Positions 1 through 9,819 of a stretch of 64,000 nt of DNA are shown one piece after another. The notes under the pieces are model-generated. The model had not been told where the DNA came from. It did no database searches and saw only the letters and a list, made by a program, of their open reading frames with translations. The position numbers and the translations under genes are program-made. How positions within the stretch are numbered: the first letter of the stretch is position 1; the number at the start of each line of letters is the position of its first letter. This stretch comes from an uncultured Verrucomicrobiae bacterium (GTDB lineage Bacteria > Verrucomicrobiota > Verrucomicrobiia > Chthoniobacterales > UBA10450), in NCBI GenBank assembly GCA_963735805.1, contig CAVTMK010000002.1, positions 15,012-79,011 on the forward strand, read 5' to 3'.

Positions 1-640
1 CAGGTTCGGCTGTGCCGGTATCCAGCCAGATTTTCAACGGTGGTTTTTGCTCGATCGAATCGACGAGTCGATAAATTGCGAAATTGTCCCACCAGATTGA
101 TGGCGACATCACCATAAGCCGTCCGAAGACTTGAGGGTATAAAATTCCAATCGCCAGCGTAACGAGACCGCCCAGGGATGAACCGCCCAGCCCTGTGAAT
201 TCCGCGCCCGGGATGGTTCGATATTTCCGGTCGATGTACGGTTTGAGTTCGTTCATTAGAAAGTACCCATACTTTCGGGCCAGACCCTTGCTGCGTTTCT
301 TGCGTTTTGCCCTGACGTCAATAACTCCTCGCGTCGGGGCGTATTCGTCAACACGTTGCTCGCCTGTGTTGGCAACCGCCACGACGATGAGTGATTCGAC
401 AAGGTTCTCTTTGATCAAGCGTTCGGCTGCCTCGTCCACACCCCATTCCACGCCCGAAAACGAAGTTGCAGCATCGAAAACATTTTGGCCGTCCTGCAAA
501 TAGAGCACTGGATAGCGCTGTTGAGAGAAACGGCGGTAATCGCGCGGCAAATAAACCAGAACATCCCGCCGATTCCCGAGAATCTTCGACGGAAACGCGC
601 GGTGGCGTTTGATGTTTCCAGTGAGCGTGTGTTTGGGCAT
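1..640 (-). CDS. Esterase-family alpha/beta hydrolase (putative esterase / enterochelin-esterase-like); 3' end runs off the window
   Basis: Not in the ORF track because it is open at the window edge. My translation of the minus strand from the ATG at 640-638 gives MPKHTLTGNIKRHRAFPSKILGNRRDVLVYLPRDYRRFSQQRYPVLYLQDGQNVFD..., and further on AEFTGLGGSSLGG, a GxSxG nucleophile elbow at about 160-200. Track ORFs 195..503(+) and 348..752(-) are other frames of this gene. Confidence 0.7.
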   Translation of the reverse strand, partial: MPKHTLTGNIKRHRAFPSKILGNRRDVLVYLPRDYRRFSQQRYPVLYLQDGQNVFDAATSFSGVEWGVDEAAERLIKENLVESLIVVAVANTGEQRVDEYAPTRGVIDVRAKRKKRSKGLARKYGYFLMNELKPYIDRKYRTIPGAEFTGLGGSSLGGLVTLAIGILYPQVFGRLMVMSPSIWWDNFAIYRLVDSIEQKPPLKIWLDTGTAEP

Positions 641-770
641 TGAAAAACGAGACGCTTCGCCGAAAATCCAATGTAACGCAAGCCTCGCAAGTCCGTCCAT
701 CCGGACATGTCCATCTGTTGATGAGCTTGCGATTTGACCGCCCCGCTACCAAGATGACGGGCTACTTTCA

Positions 771-1478
771 ATGAACGAACGTTACATCAAATGGTACACG
801 CCTTGGTTGAGCCGCGAATTTGAAATGCTTGTGTTCGGAAATGGCGGCCTGCCGCTAATTCTCTTCCCGACCTCATTTGGCCGCTATTACCAAAACAAAG
901 ATTTCGGTCTGATCGGGTCGGTGAGCGACTATGTGGATGCGGGCAGGCTGACAGTTTATTGCCCGGACGCCATCGATCTGGAAAGCTTTTACAATAAATC
1001 GATTCATCCAGCCGACCGGATGCGCACCCATAACGCGTATGAAAATGTAATCGTGCACGATGTGTTCGATCTCGCGCGCCGTGAATGTAATTGCCATCGT
1101 GTAGCGGTCAGCGGAGCCAGTCTTGGGGCCTATCACGCCGCGAATATTGCCTTTCGTCACCCGGACGCCGTCAGTCACCTCATCAGCTTGAGCGGCTCAT
1201 TCGATATCAGCTCGTTTTTCGACGGCTATCATGACGACGACATTTATTTCAACAGCCCCTTTGAATATCTACCCAACGTGCCCGACCCGTGGAAATACAA
1301 TCACATGAGCATCATCCTCGGCACTGGTGAATGGGACAACACACGCCACGAATCCTATCGCTTATCTGAAATTTTGAATTCAAAGGGCGTTAAGCACTGG
1401 CTCGACGACGGTAAGTGGCGCGGCCACGATTGGAACTACTGGCGCGACATGCTGCCGCATTATTTGTCCGTATTATGA
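771..1478 (+). CDS. Esterase-family alpha/beta hydrolase (esterase D / putative esterase type)
   Basis: 235-aa ORF. Carries a GxSxG motif (VSGASLGAYHAA) and the overall esterase-family pattern (WYTPWLSREFEMLVFG, GEWD). Divergent from the esterase at 1..640. Confidence 0.72.
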   Translation: MNERYIKWYTPWLSREFEMLVFGNGGLPLILFPTSFGRYYQNKDFGLIGSVSDYVDAGRLTVYCPDAIDLESFYNKSIHPADRMRTHNAYENVIVHDVFDLARRECNCHRVAVSGASLGAYHAANIAFRHPDAVSHLISLSGSFDISSFFDGYHDDDIYFNSPFEYLPNVPDPWKYNHMSIILGTGEWDNTRHESYRLSEILNSKGVKHWLDDGKWRGHDWNYWRDMLPHYLSVL

Positions 1479-1485
1479 TCTTTTC

Positions 1486-2067
1486 GTGCCGATGAAAGTG
1501 GTGATTGCCGCAACCGGCGCCAGCGGAACGATCTATCTGCAAAGGTTGCTTGCGCAGATTGATTGTGTCGCGCACGAGGTTCACCTGGTGATGAGCACAC
1601 ATGCGAATGAGGTAGCGAGGCAGGAGCTCGATGATTTCAAGATCCCCCCGAATGTCTCGCAGCACTCTGAAAATGATATGAACGTGCCATTCGTCAGCGG
1701 CTCAACACGTTTCGACGCGATGGTGATTGTTCCTTGTTCGATGGCAACTCTGGGACGAATCGCTTCCGGTTCGAGCGATAGTGTGCTGTTGCGGGCCGCC
1801 GATGTTTTCTTGAAGGAACGCCGGAAATTGATTCTCGTTCCACGCGAAACACCCTGGAATTTGATTCACGCACGCAATGTAGTGAGCTTGCTTGAAGCGG
1901 GAGCGGTTGTGTTGCCGGCGATGCCTTCGTTCTACAGCCGTCCAGATAGCGTAACCTCAATCGTGGATACGGTAGTCTGGCGTATTCTGGATCAAATTGG
2001 GTTGCCGAGCCCCAAGACGTATCGTTGGGGAGAGAAGAACGCCTCAGCGAAACGTACGAAAAATTGA
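1486..2067 (+). CDS. ubiX: Flavin prenyltransferase UbiX (start probably the ATG at 1492)
   Basis: KVVIAATGASGTIYLQRLL, VIVPCSMATLGRIASG, LLRAADVFLKERRKLILVPRETP and VVLPAMPSFY match the UbiX/Pad1 family throughout. Confidence 0.85.
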   Translation: MPMKVVIAATGASGTIYLQRLLAQIDCVAHEVHLVMSTHANEVARQELDDFKIPPNVSQHSENDMNVPFVSGSTRFDAMVIVPCSMATLGRIASGSSDSVLLRAADVFLKERRKLILVPRETPWNLIHARNVVSLLEAGAVVLPAMPSFYSRPDSVTSIVDTVVWRILDQIGLPSPKTYRWGEKNASAKRTKN

Positions 2068-2708
2068 AGATCGAAGGTTGCCTCGCGCGATGGTTGATCG
2101 CGTTTGGAGTTTATTTGTTGCAGATTTGGGCGCGAACGCTGCGTTATGAGCTCGACGACCCGGCTGGAATCGCTGGCAAACCGGTGACGGAAAATTATAT
2201 CGGCGCGCTGTGGCACAATCGACTGCTCATCTTTCCATTGGTCTTGCGGCGGTTTTTTCCAAATCGCGGCGGTGCAGCCCTTATAAGCGCCAGTCGTGAC
2301 GGCGATTTGCTCGCCGCCGCAATCCGCCGCTTTGGCTACGAAGTGGTTCGCGGTTCGAGCTCTCGCCTTGGAGCGAGCGCAATTCTTCAGCTGACAGAGG
2401 TGCTGGCGTCCGGCCGCGATGTGGTAATCACTCCAGACGGTCCGCGTGGGCCGGCTTACGAACTGGGTCCGGGGATTATTTTCCTTGCCCAGAAATCAGG
2501 GGCCGCAGTATTGCCGATGAATCTGGAATATTCGCATTGCTGGCGGCTGGGGAGTTGGGACCGTTTCATCGTACCGCGGCCATTTGCAAGAGTACGCGTC
2601 CTAATCGGCCGGCCGCATCGCGTCGAAGCAACAAGTACACCTGAGGAATTTGAAAAGGAACGCGTGGCGTTGCAGAACTGCATGATGGCATTGGTTACGA
2701 TGCGCTGA
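2025..2708 (+). CDS. DUF374 / lysophospholipid-acyltransferase-like protein
   Basis: [32 protein letters not shown] and [33 protein letters not shown] are typical of the DUF374 family. The annotated start overlaps ubiX by 43 nt, so the true start may lie slightly downstream. Confidence 0.65.
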   Translation: MGREERLSETYEKLKIEGCLARWLIAFGVYLLQIWARTLRYELDDPAGIAGKPVTENYIGALWHNRLLIFPLVLRRFFPNRGGAALISASRDGDLLAAAIRRFGYEVVRGSSSRLGASAILQLTEVLASGRDVVITPDGPRGPAYELGPGIIFLAQKSGAAVLPMNLEYSHCWRLGSWDRFIVPRPFARVRVLIGRPHRVEATSTPEEFEKERVALQNCMMALVTMR

Positions 2709-2769
2709 AGCGGCTAACGCAATGCTCACTTGCACGCCGGACGCTCGCAGGCAGGATTGCCTGCTCATT

Positions 2770-3648
2770 ATGCCTAACCTCATCGATGGACGTGCGATCG
2801 CGGAGAAAGTTTATGTCGAATTGCGGCGCGAGATTGCGGAACTAAAAGCAAAAGGCCTGACCCCCGGTCTTGCCGTCGTTCTTGTGGGAGACGACCCAGC
2901 CTCCCGCGCGTACGTGCGGGCGAAGGACAAAATGTGTCGCGAGCTTGGGTTGCACTCCGTGAAGTTGGAACTGCCGGCGTCAACCACTCAAATGGACCTT
3001 CTCCGTCGCGTTAAAGAATTGAACGCCGACTCCACTATTCATGGAATTCTGGTGCAATCGCCGCCCCCCGCGCACATTGACGAAGCGGCCATTGTTCGCG
3101 CGCTCGATCCACGCAAAGACGTGGATGGATTTCATCCGGAGAACGTCGCGAAGCTGGTACTCGACGATCCAAGCGGCTTTGTTCCGTGCACGCCGTTGGG
3201 CGTCCAGCGGCTGCTGATAGAAAGCAAGATCAACCTGAATGGCGCGCACGTGGTGGTCCTCGGGCGCAGCATGATTGTGGGGAAACCGCTGGCCCTGCTT
3301 CTCATGCAGAAAAACCAGGAGGCTAACGCCACGGTCACGGTCGTGCATTCGCGAAGTCGCGATCTCGCGGAGATTACTCGCGCGGCCGATATTATCGTTG
3401 CCGCGATTGGTCGCGCGGAATTTGTGAAAGCCGAACACGTGCGCGCGGGTGCCGTCGTTATCGATGTTGGCATTAATCGCGTGGAGGATGGAGCGGCGCA
3501 GCGTGGTTATCGCCTCGTGGGCGATGTCGCATTTGACGAAGTCTCAAAGAAAGCGAGCGCAATCACGCCAGTTCCCGGCGGCGTGGGGCCGATGACCATC
3601 GCGATGCTGATGTCCAACACGGTCAAAGCGGCTCGGCAATCGGTGTAG
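2770..3648 (+). CDS. folD: Bifunctional methylenetetrahydrofolate dehydrogenase/cyclohydrolase FolD
   Basis: [14 protein letters not shown]..., [47 protein letters not shown] and [14 protein letters not shown]. The track ORF starts at 2722; the ATG at 2770 gives the canonical N-terminus. Confidence 0.92.
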   Translation: MPNLIDGRAIAEKVYVELRREIAELKAKGLTPGLAVVLVGDDPASRAYVRAKDKMCRELGLHSVKLELPASTTQMDLLRRVKELNADSTIHGILVQSPPPAHIDEAAIVRALDPRKDVDGFHPENVAKLVLDDPSGFVPCTPLGVQRLLIESKINLNGAHVVVLGRSMIVGKPLALLLMQKNQEANATVTVVHSRSRDLAEITRAADIIVAAIGRAEFVKAEHVRAGAVVIDVGINRVEDGAAQRGYRLVGDVAFDEVSKKASAITPVPGGVGPMTIAMLMSNTVKAARQSV

Positions 3649-3695
3649 CCACGTGCCTGCGGCACGTCCATCCCAAACGTCCCACATGGCCATGG

Positions 3696-4778
3696 CTACA
3701 ACTCGGGTGAAACAATTTTAGCGGTGAGCAATCTCAAGGTTGCCGGATTGATTCGCGCCGCGTGAACAAAGAGCGACCCGAAGCGTGGTGATAGAACCGC
3801 CCGCCGGGCCAAGCGATTAATCCAAAGCCGCCCTCGATACATTTCGGCACACGCGCGGGCAAATTCGCGAAGAACCAGTCGCCGATCTTCGCCTGTAACG
3901 ATTTTCATAATCGCGGCGGCTGCGAGTTCTCCGGAGCGAATTGCGTAATAGATTCCTTCGCCGGTGAATGGTTCTACTACGCGGGCCGCGTCGCCGATGA
4001 AAAGAAGATTTTCATGGGCCCAAGGAACGGCCGCCCGGGTGAGGGGTGTGATGGAACGCCACGGTTGATCGGCTGGGATCTCGAAATGTCGTTGTGCCCA
4101 TTGTCGCAGTTTGGAAATCGTAGTCGGCCTTCCCACAAGGCAAAGATTGAGTTCGGAGTCATTTACCGGAGCCTGACCGGAGTACCCTTCCCGAAGAAAT
4201 TGCAACACGACGCGCCTGCCGAAATTCCGCGGGAGCGGGATATGCGCCTGTAATGCGACACGTTCCCGCGTTGGACGTGGCAGTAAATTGCGCAAGCGCG
4301 CGATCGTAGAGTTTCGGCCATCTGCCGCAACTAACACCCGCGCGCGAAAAGTTTCCCCAGCGGCAGTCACAATTTTCCAATCGCGCTCCTGGGCCAAGGA
4401 TGTGACGATGGTTTTCTCGTGAACCCGCGCGCCAACCTGAGAAGCGTGCCTCAGCAAAAGATCGTCGAAGAGACTGCGTTTTACCGAAATCTCGCAATCA
4501 TCTCCGGTTGGAAGATCGACGATGATTTTGTGACCGTCGATGGCGATGAACTCGACCGCCGTAAGGTCGGAATGCCCCAAATCCAAAACCCGCTGCACAA
4601 GGCCGAGCCGCTCCAGTACACGCCAGCACGATGGATTCAGGCAATCGCCACACACTTTTTCCCGCGGAAATCTTTCCCGCTCGAGAATGAGTGTTCGAAC
4701 GCCGGCCAAGGCACAAAATGCTGCACAACTCGATCCGGCGGGACCGCCGCCCACGATCGCCACGTCAAACAGTTCCAT
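3696..4778 (-). CDS. FAD-dependent oxidoreductase, geranylgeranyl-reductase family
   Basis: FAD-binding fingerprint FDVAIVGGGPAGSSCA, followed by ERERFPREKVCGDCL and LFIGDAARVVEPFTGEGIYYA. Confidence 0.75.
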   Translation of the reverse strand: MELFDVAIVGGGPAGSSCAAFCALAGVRTLILERERFPREKVCGDCLNPSCWRVLERLGLVQRVLDLGHSDLTAVEFIAIDGHKIIVDLPTGDDCEISVKRSLFDDLLLRHASQVGARVHEKTIVTSLAQERDWKIVTAAGETFRARVLVAADGRNSTIARLRNLLPRPTRERVALQAHIPLPRNFGRRVVLQFLREGYSGQAPVNDSELNLCLVGRPTTISKLRQWAQRHFEIPADQPWRSITPLTRAAVPWAHENLLFIGDAARVVEPFTGEGIYYAIRSGELAAAAIMKIVTGEDRRLVLREFARACAEMYRGRLWINRLARRAVLSPRFGSLFVHAARINPATLRLLTAKIVSPEL

Positions 4779-4929
4779 CCTGGATTTCGGTAGTGATCAG
4801 TGAACGATGATTTGTGATCAACATGTCCGTCCACCGTTCACGCATCACTGATCACATGTATTACTTGCATGTCTATGCCGCCCGAATCCTGCTAGCGTGC
4901 GATCCAATATCGGGACAAATTGAAATCGC

Positions 4930-6012
4930 ATGAGCTGGTCTCTCCCGATCTTCCGAATCGCCGGAATCCAGTTGCGGATTCACATTACGTTCTTATTGCT
5001 GATTGCCTGGCTGGCTTTCGGTTACTACACGCAAGGTGGCTCCGCAGTGGCGGCGAGCCGCGTGATTTTTGTTCTGCTTCTCTTCCTTTGCGTGGTGCTG
5101 CACGAATTCGGACACGCATTCGCTGCGAAAGCGTTCGGAATTAATACGCCGGACATCACGTTGTTACCGATCGGCGGAGTGGCGCGACTGGAACGAATGC
5201 CGGAAGAGCCAGTACAGGAATTAATCATCGCGGTCGCCGGGCCATTGGTGAATGTGGTGATCGCGCTCGGTTTGTTTGTGGCAGGCGGATCGCAGGCATT
5301 GCTCAATCCCGCGACACTCGAAGGTGGCGGTCTCATTGCGCAGTTGATGACGATTAACATTATCCTGGTCCTTTTTAATCTGTTGCCGGCATTTCCAATG
5401 GACGGCGGTCGCGTGCTGCGCGCTCTTCTTGCCACGCGGATGAGCTACGCGCGTGCGACGCAGGTTGCCGCGAACGTCGGCCAAGCTTTCGCATTCGTCT
5501 TTGGTTTCATCGGGTTGCTGTGGAATCCGTTTCTGCTCTTCATCGCGCTTTTCGTATACATCGGCGCGTCGCAAGAAGCGGCCCTGGCTCAGATGAAAGA
5601 TGTTTCGCGCCGGTTTCCAGTGTCCAGCGCGATGGTACGGGAATTTCGAACGCTCGCGGAAGACGCGAGCCTGCAAGAAGCGGTGGACGCACTGCTTGCA
5701 ACTTCGCAGCACGATTTTCCAGTCGTTGACACCGCCGGCAACGTTGCCGGTTTGTTGACCCGTCAGGATCTGATCGCTGCGTTGCGAAAAAACGATCCCG
5801 CGCTGCGCGTAGGCGAAGTGATGCGGCGGGATATTCCTACGGTGACTACTGGAACACGCTTTGAAGATGCGTTTCGGATCATGCAGGAGTGCAATTGCCC
5901 GGCGGTGCCCGTGCTGGACCGAATGAAGCGCCTGGTCGGGTTACTCACTCCGGAGAACGTGACGGAGCTGATGATGGTGCAATCCGCCATGCCGCGACGA
6001 CGGGTTTTGTGA
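4930..6012 (+). CDS. Site-2 protease family (M50) zinc metalloprotease with C-terminal CBS pair
   Basis: HEFGH zinc motif and NLLPAFPMDGGRVL motif with multiple TM segments. The C-terminal about 130 aa are CBS-like (AMVREFRTLAEDASLQEAVDALL..., VMRRDIPTVTTGTRFEDAFRIM). Confidence 0.85.
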   Translation: MSWSLPIFRIAGIQLRIHITFLLLIAWLAFGYYTQGGSAVAASRVIFVLLLFLCVVLHEFGHAFAAKAFGINTPDITLLPIGGVARLERMPEEPVQELIIAVAGPLVNVVIALGLFVAGGSQALLNPATLEGGGLIAQLMTINIILVLFNLLPAFPMDGGRVLRALLATRMSYARATQVAANVGQAFAFVFGFIGLLWNPFLLFIALFVYIGASQEAALAQMKDVSRRFPVSSAMVREFRTLAEDASLQEAVDALLATSQHDFPVVDTAGNVAGLLTRQDLIAALRKNDPALRVGEVMRRDIPTVTTGTRFEDAFRIMQECNCPAVPVLDRMKRLVGLLTPENVTELMMVQSAMPRRRVL

Positions 6013-6018
6013 TGCAGT

Positions 6019-7116
6019 CTATGAGCTGATGCGCATTGGCATCAGGACGTAGAGGAACGGGGTCTGAATTTTCAAAACGCCCGGGCTCATCTCGTCGATG
6101 AGATCGAGAAAGACTTCGTCCTCGGTCAAAGCGCGCAGGGGCGCCATGAGAAATTCCGGATTAAATGCGATGGAGAAATCGCGACCCTTGTAGGCAACGG
6201 CTAGAGATTCCTTTGCTTCACCTACTTCCGGGGTCGTTGCGGTAATATCGATGTTGTTCTTCCCGAAATTCAGTTTCACCGAGTGCGATTTATCACTGGC
6301 GAGTAACGAGACGCGTCGCAGCGAATTTAAAAATGTTTCGCGTTCGAGTTTGATTCGCTCTTTTGCCTCGGACGGAATGACCTGGCGATAGTTTGGGTAA
6401 TTGCCTTCGATCAACTTCGAAACGAGCAGCGTCTTGTTGAGATCAAACGCGATCTGCCCGCTGCCCATGCTAACCTTGATTTCGCCATCGTCCGTCAGCA
6501 GGCGTTGCAATTCTGTTACCGCTTTGGTCGGAACGATGAGGTCCGCTTCATGGCTGCGCGGGAACTCAAGCTCGATTTCGACCATGGCCAGCCGCCGCCC
6601 GTCCGTCGCCGCCAGCGTCAGTTTGTTGTCTTTGAAGCTGAACAGAACGCCGTTGAGAACGTAGCGAGTCTCATCCGTCGATATCGCGTAAGAAGTTTTG
6701 CGCAGTCCGTCGCGCAAATCTTTCTGCCGAATCGTGACAACTTTAGCACCCTCGAATTTCGGCAGGGGAGGGAATTCTTCCTCGGGCAACCCAAGGATTT
6801 TAAAAAAGCTTTGGCCGCTTCGGATGGAAGCGGCATTCTTTCCGTTAACATCTATTTGAATTTCGCTCGCAGGCAGTTCACGGACAATGTTGAAGAGACG
6901 ACGGGCTGGAAGGGTGGTGGCTCCTTCTTTCTCGACGTCTGCTTCGCAAGTGCCGCGCACGCCGACATCAAGATCGGTTGTTGTGAGATGGATTTCTCCG
7001 CCGTGCGCTTGCAAAAGAACGTTGGAAAGAATGGGGAGAGTAGTGCGGGTGCTAACGACGTTTTGTACCTGCTGCAGCCCTTCGAGCAGTTTTTCTTTGG
7101 CGACGCTGAATTTCAT
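6019..7116 (-). CDS. dnaN: DNA polymerase III beta sliding clamp
   Basis: MKFSVAKEKLLEGLQQVQNVVSTRTTLPILSNVLL, about 365 aa, located immediately downstream of dnaA. Confidence 0.95.
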   Translation of the reverse strand: MKFSVAKEKLLEGLQQVQNVVSTRTTLPILSNVLLQAHGGEIHLTTTDLDVGVRGTCEADVEKEGATTLPARRLFNIVRELPASEIQIDVNGKNAASIRSGQSFFKILGLPEEEFPPLPKFEGAKVVTIRQKDLRDGLRKTSYAISTDETRYVLNGVLFSFKDNKLTLAATDGRRLAMVEIELEFPRSHEADLIVPTKAVTELQRLLTDDGEIKVSMGSGQIAFDLNKTLLVSKLIEGNYPNYRQVIPSEAKERIKLERETFLNSLRRVSLLASDKSHSVKLNFGKNNIDITATTPEVGEAKESLAVAYKGRDFSIAFNPEFLMAPLRALTEDEVFLDLIDEMSPGVLKIQTPFLYVLMPMRISS

Positions 7117-7250
7117 TATGACGGTTTAAGATGTAAAGCTTTGGGTTTTAATCGGCAACCGCAATCTGATGTCGGCCAAGTGCGCCGCGACGACCGAATT
7201 TGTAGCTGCCGCAGCCGGAATCGCAAGCTGGAAACGCACCCACGGGAGGC

Positions 7251-8612
7251 TCAACGCTGAAGGGAACTGTCAATGAAGGATATGGTCTGGCGAATGTTAT
7301 CTTGTTCTGACATCCGTTTCTTTACCAGTTTGCAGGCATGCAGCACCGTGCCGTGATCGCGGCCACCGAAGGCGTCGCCGATTTCATTCAAAGACGCCTT
7401 GGTAAGCTCCCGCGCGAGATACATCGCCACCTGCCGCGGAAAGGCGATACTGGCCGGGCGCCGCTTGCTGGTCATATCGGCTATGCGAACATCAAAATGT
7501 TCGGCTACGCGCCGCTGAATCTGATCGATTGTGATGGAATGGCGGCCTTCCTCCTGCAGAATATCCTTCAGCAAATGCTCCACCACTTCCTGGGTGAGTT
7601 CTTTGCCGCTAAGTGAGGCAAATGAGGCCACCCGCATCAATGCGCCTTCAAGCCGGCGCACGTTCGTCCGAATCCGGCTGGCGAGAAATTGAAAAATTTC
7701 ATCGCGCAATACGATCTGCATGCCGCGCGCTTTCTTCCGCAAAATCGCCATACGGGTTTCGATGTCCGGCGGTTGAAGCTCAGCGGTAAGTCCCCATTCA
7801 AAGCGCGAAACGAGACGGTGCTCCAGGTTTGCGATCTCGGACGCGGGTCGATCGCTGGAAAGGACAATCTGTTTATGCCCATCGAAAAGGGTGTTAAATG
7901 TGTGGAAGAATTCTTCCTGGGAACGCTCTTTGCCTCCGAGAAATTGGATATCGTCAATCAAAAGGAGATCGACCTGGCGATAACGCTTTCGGAATTTGAC
8001 CAGATTACTGTGTTGAATGGCATCGATGAACTCGTTGATAAACAGTTCGCTGGAAACGTAGATGACTTTTACATTTCTCTTCTTTGCCCAGACGTACTGA
8101 CCGATTGCTTGCATCAAATGAGTCTTGCCAAGCCCCACACCACCATAGATGAACAACGGGTTGTACGTGCGCGCGGGCGCCTGCGCTACCGCGAGAGCAG
8201 CGGCATGGGCAATTTCATTGTTCGGACCGACCACGAACGATTCGAATGTGTTCCGTGGATTAAGTCCGGGCACAGTTGTGCCTGGTTTTGTGTCGGCGGG
8301 CGGTTCAGGCAAAATTTTTTCCAGCGGCGCAGCATCCTCGGCGGGTATTTGCGGACCGGGGCCCGATGGAGAGCAGAACTTTATTGGCCGCGGACCGCCG
8401 AACGTCGTCACGATGGCAGTTTGCAATGCCGGCATGTAGTTACTTTCTATCCAAAACTGATAGATGTTGTTTGGAACACGAAAAGTGAGGGACTTGTCTT
8501 TCGCCTCGACAAGTTCGACGGCCGAAAACCACCGTTTAAAACTATCAGCGCTGATCTGCGGCTTGAGCGCGGCTGATAATTGCTGCCATAGCTGTGCGCA
8601 TTTTTTGTCCAT
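7251..8612 (-). CDS. dnaA: Chromosomal replication initiator DnaA
   Basis: Walker A GGVGLGKTHLMQAIG, LLIDDIQFL, the sensor/box VII region and the C-terminal DNA-binding helix (VAMYLARELT, IGDAFGGRDHGTVLHA). The track ORF runs to 8744; the ATG at 8612 (MDKKCAQLWQQL) gives a normal 453-aa DnaA. Confidence 0.93.
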   Translation of the reverse strand: MDKKCAQLWQQLSAALKPQISADSFKRWFSAVELVEAKDKSLTFRVPNNIYQFWIESNYMPALQTAIVTTFGGPRPIKFCSPSGPGPQIPAEDAAPLEKILPEPPADTKPGTTVPGLNPRNTFESFVVGPNNEIAHAAALAVAQAPARTYNPLFIYGGVGLGKTHLMQAIGQYVWAKKRNVKVIYVSSELFINEFIDAIQHSNLVKFRKRYRQVDLLLIDDIQFLGGKERSQEEFFHTFNTLFDGHKQIVLSSDRPASEIANLEHRLVSRFEWGLTAELQPPDIETRMAILRKKARGMQIVLRDEIFQFLASRIRTNVRRLEGALMRVASFASLSGKELTQEVVEHLLKDILQEEGRHSITIDQIQRRVAEHFDVRIADMTSKRRPASIAFPRQVAMYLARELTKASLNEIGDAFGGRDHGTVLHACKLVKKRMSEQDNIRQTISFIDSSLQR

Positions 8613-8814
8613 AGCAGACTTGTTAACAGTGTTACGCAATTGCCACACTCGCTGATACAGCGGAAAATCGTTGGGTAACCGCCGGGTGACATCGGGTTGA
8701 TCGCCATAGTAACTTCCCGGAGATGTACTTAAGAAAACTGTCAAAAGTGCCCAAATACGAGGGAAAATAGACCACGCTATGCGTTAGTGATCGACTGGAT
8801 GCCTGCAAGTGACG

Positions 8815-8904
8815 TTGTCCATTCCATCGTTGTCCAGGGGAGCTCTTCGTGTCGTTCATTCTCGGTGCTAAAAGTTTCTCAGAAATGTTCACAACTTATT
8901 CACA
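8815..8904. promoter_or_regulatory. Cluster of DnaA-box-like 9-mers (candidate oriC box region)
   Basis: TTGTCCATT (8815-8823) and TTGTCCAGG (8830-8838) sit inside a direct repeat CGTTGTCCA x2. ATGTTCACA is at 8885-8893 and TTATTCACA at 8896-8904. Only the last is within 1 mismatch of TTATCCACA; the others match 6/9. Confidence 0.4.
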
Positions 8905-8966
8905 GGCGCTTTGTTTCAGCCTCGCCAGCGGGCTTGAGACTAGAAATCACTTTCAAAACCGACAAG

Positions 8967-8990
8967 AAAAAAATGAATAAAAAAATGAAT
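8967..8990. repeat. Perfect tandem 12-mer AAAAAAATGAAT x2 inside the most AT-rich block of the window (8961-9015); candidate DNA-unwinding element
   Basis: Read directly: gacaag AAAAAAATGAAT AAAAAAATGAAT tttatttttcatcgcgaacaaaaattc. Confidence 0.45.
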
Positions 8991-9300
8991 TTTATTTTTC
9001 ATCGCGAACAAAAATTCTCTTGACTGGAAAAGCGAAACGCGCGTGCCGGAGGCAAAACCAAAAAATTACTCCAGTTGAGTCTGCGCCAGCCTTGTCGGCA
9101 AACCGGAGCGAAGATTCCGGGGCCAAACGATCGGGCTAGCGGTATCGTTTACGGCCGGTCGCGATTTGACCGAATTGACCCGTGCACGCAATTTCCCCAC
9201 CTCCCGACTGGCTACCGGGATGCCAATCAAAAATGCGGGCGACCCCGAACCAAAAATGACGAACTGGGAAGCGAACTGCAGTGTCAATTGTAACCGAGCG

Positions 9301-9819
9301 ATGCGGCGAACTTTGACCAGTGTGGCCATTCTTCTTCTCTCTGCGGTGCATGCATACCCCGTAGATGAACTGTTGCCACCGTTTGGATTTCGTTGGAACG
9401 ACTCAATGGCTCGTGTGGAAGATGTTTTGCATCGCGCGAAAGCCAGAATTACCGCGCGGCAAAAAAAGGAGAACCGTGATGTCTGGACGGTGGAGGGACT
9501 CGTCCATCCTGGATTAAAGCGCACTCTGTTTGTTTTTAGACAGAGAGCATTGGTCGAAGTGGAACTGCAATACGAATACGAAAACTGGAACATCGAGCGC
9601 TACAACCAGCGGATGGGAGAAATTCGCAAATACTTCGACGAAAAATACGGAACAGGGAAACTGGTATCGCGTAACCGTGATACCGATACAGACGTGATCC
9701 AAACGCTGGTTGGCTATCAATGGATGGTCGGCGCGACGATGCTCGAACTTTTTTATTTTTCAGCCCAGCATGACTCTCTTGTTTATCGGACCATCAGCGT
9801 AGACTACAAAGCGATGTAG
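9301..9819 (+). CDS. Hypothetical secreted protein
   Basis: The ATG at 9301 gives a signal-peptide-like N-terminus, MRRTLTSVAILLLSAVHA. No recognised family. The track ORF starts at 9166. Confidence 0.5.
   Translation: MRRTLTSVAILLLSAVHAYPVDELLPPFGFRWNDSMARVEDVLHRAKARITARQKKENRDVWTVEGLVHPGLKRTLFVFRQRALVEVELQYEYENWNIERYNQRMGEIRKYFDEKYGTGKLVSRNRDTDTDVIQTLVGYQWMVGATMLELFYFSAQHDSLVYRTISVDYKAM

Noticed and set aside
195-752. Track ORFs 195..503(+), 348..752(-) and 415..771(-) at the left edge
   Set aside because: Their translations are low-complexity and Arg/Cys-rich. A different minus-strand frame (640 to the window edge) gives a clean esterase sequence with a GxSxG motif, so these are shadow frames.
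6505-7260. 251-aa plus-strand ORF antisense to dnaN. Similar long antisense ORFs lie inside other genes: 43706..44464(-), 49039..49809(-), 34222..34815(-), 24780..25370(-) and 27647..28267(-)
   Set aside because: All lie entirely within strongly supported genes on the other strand. They are Arg/Ser/Pro-rich with no recognisable motifs, which is typical of shadow ORFs in moderately GC-rich DNA.
8967-8990. Possibility that the AAAAAAATGAAT repeat or any other repeat in the window is a CRISPR array or a mobile-element end
   Set aside because: There are only two directly abutting 12-mers with no spacers. No other regularly spaced repeats, cas genes, transposases, integrases or terminal inverted repeats were seen anywhere in the window.
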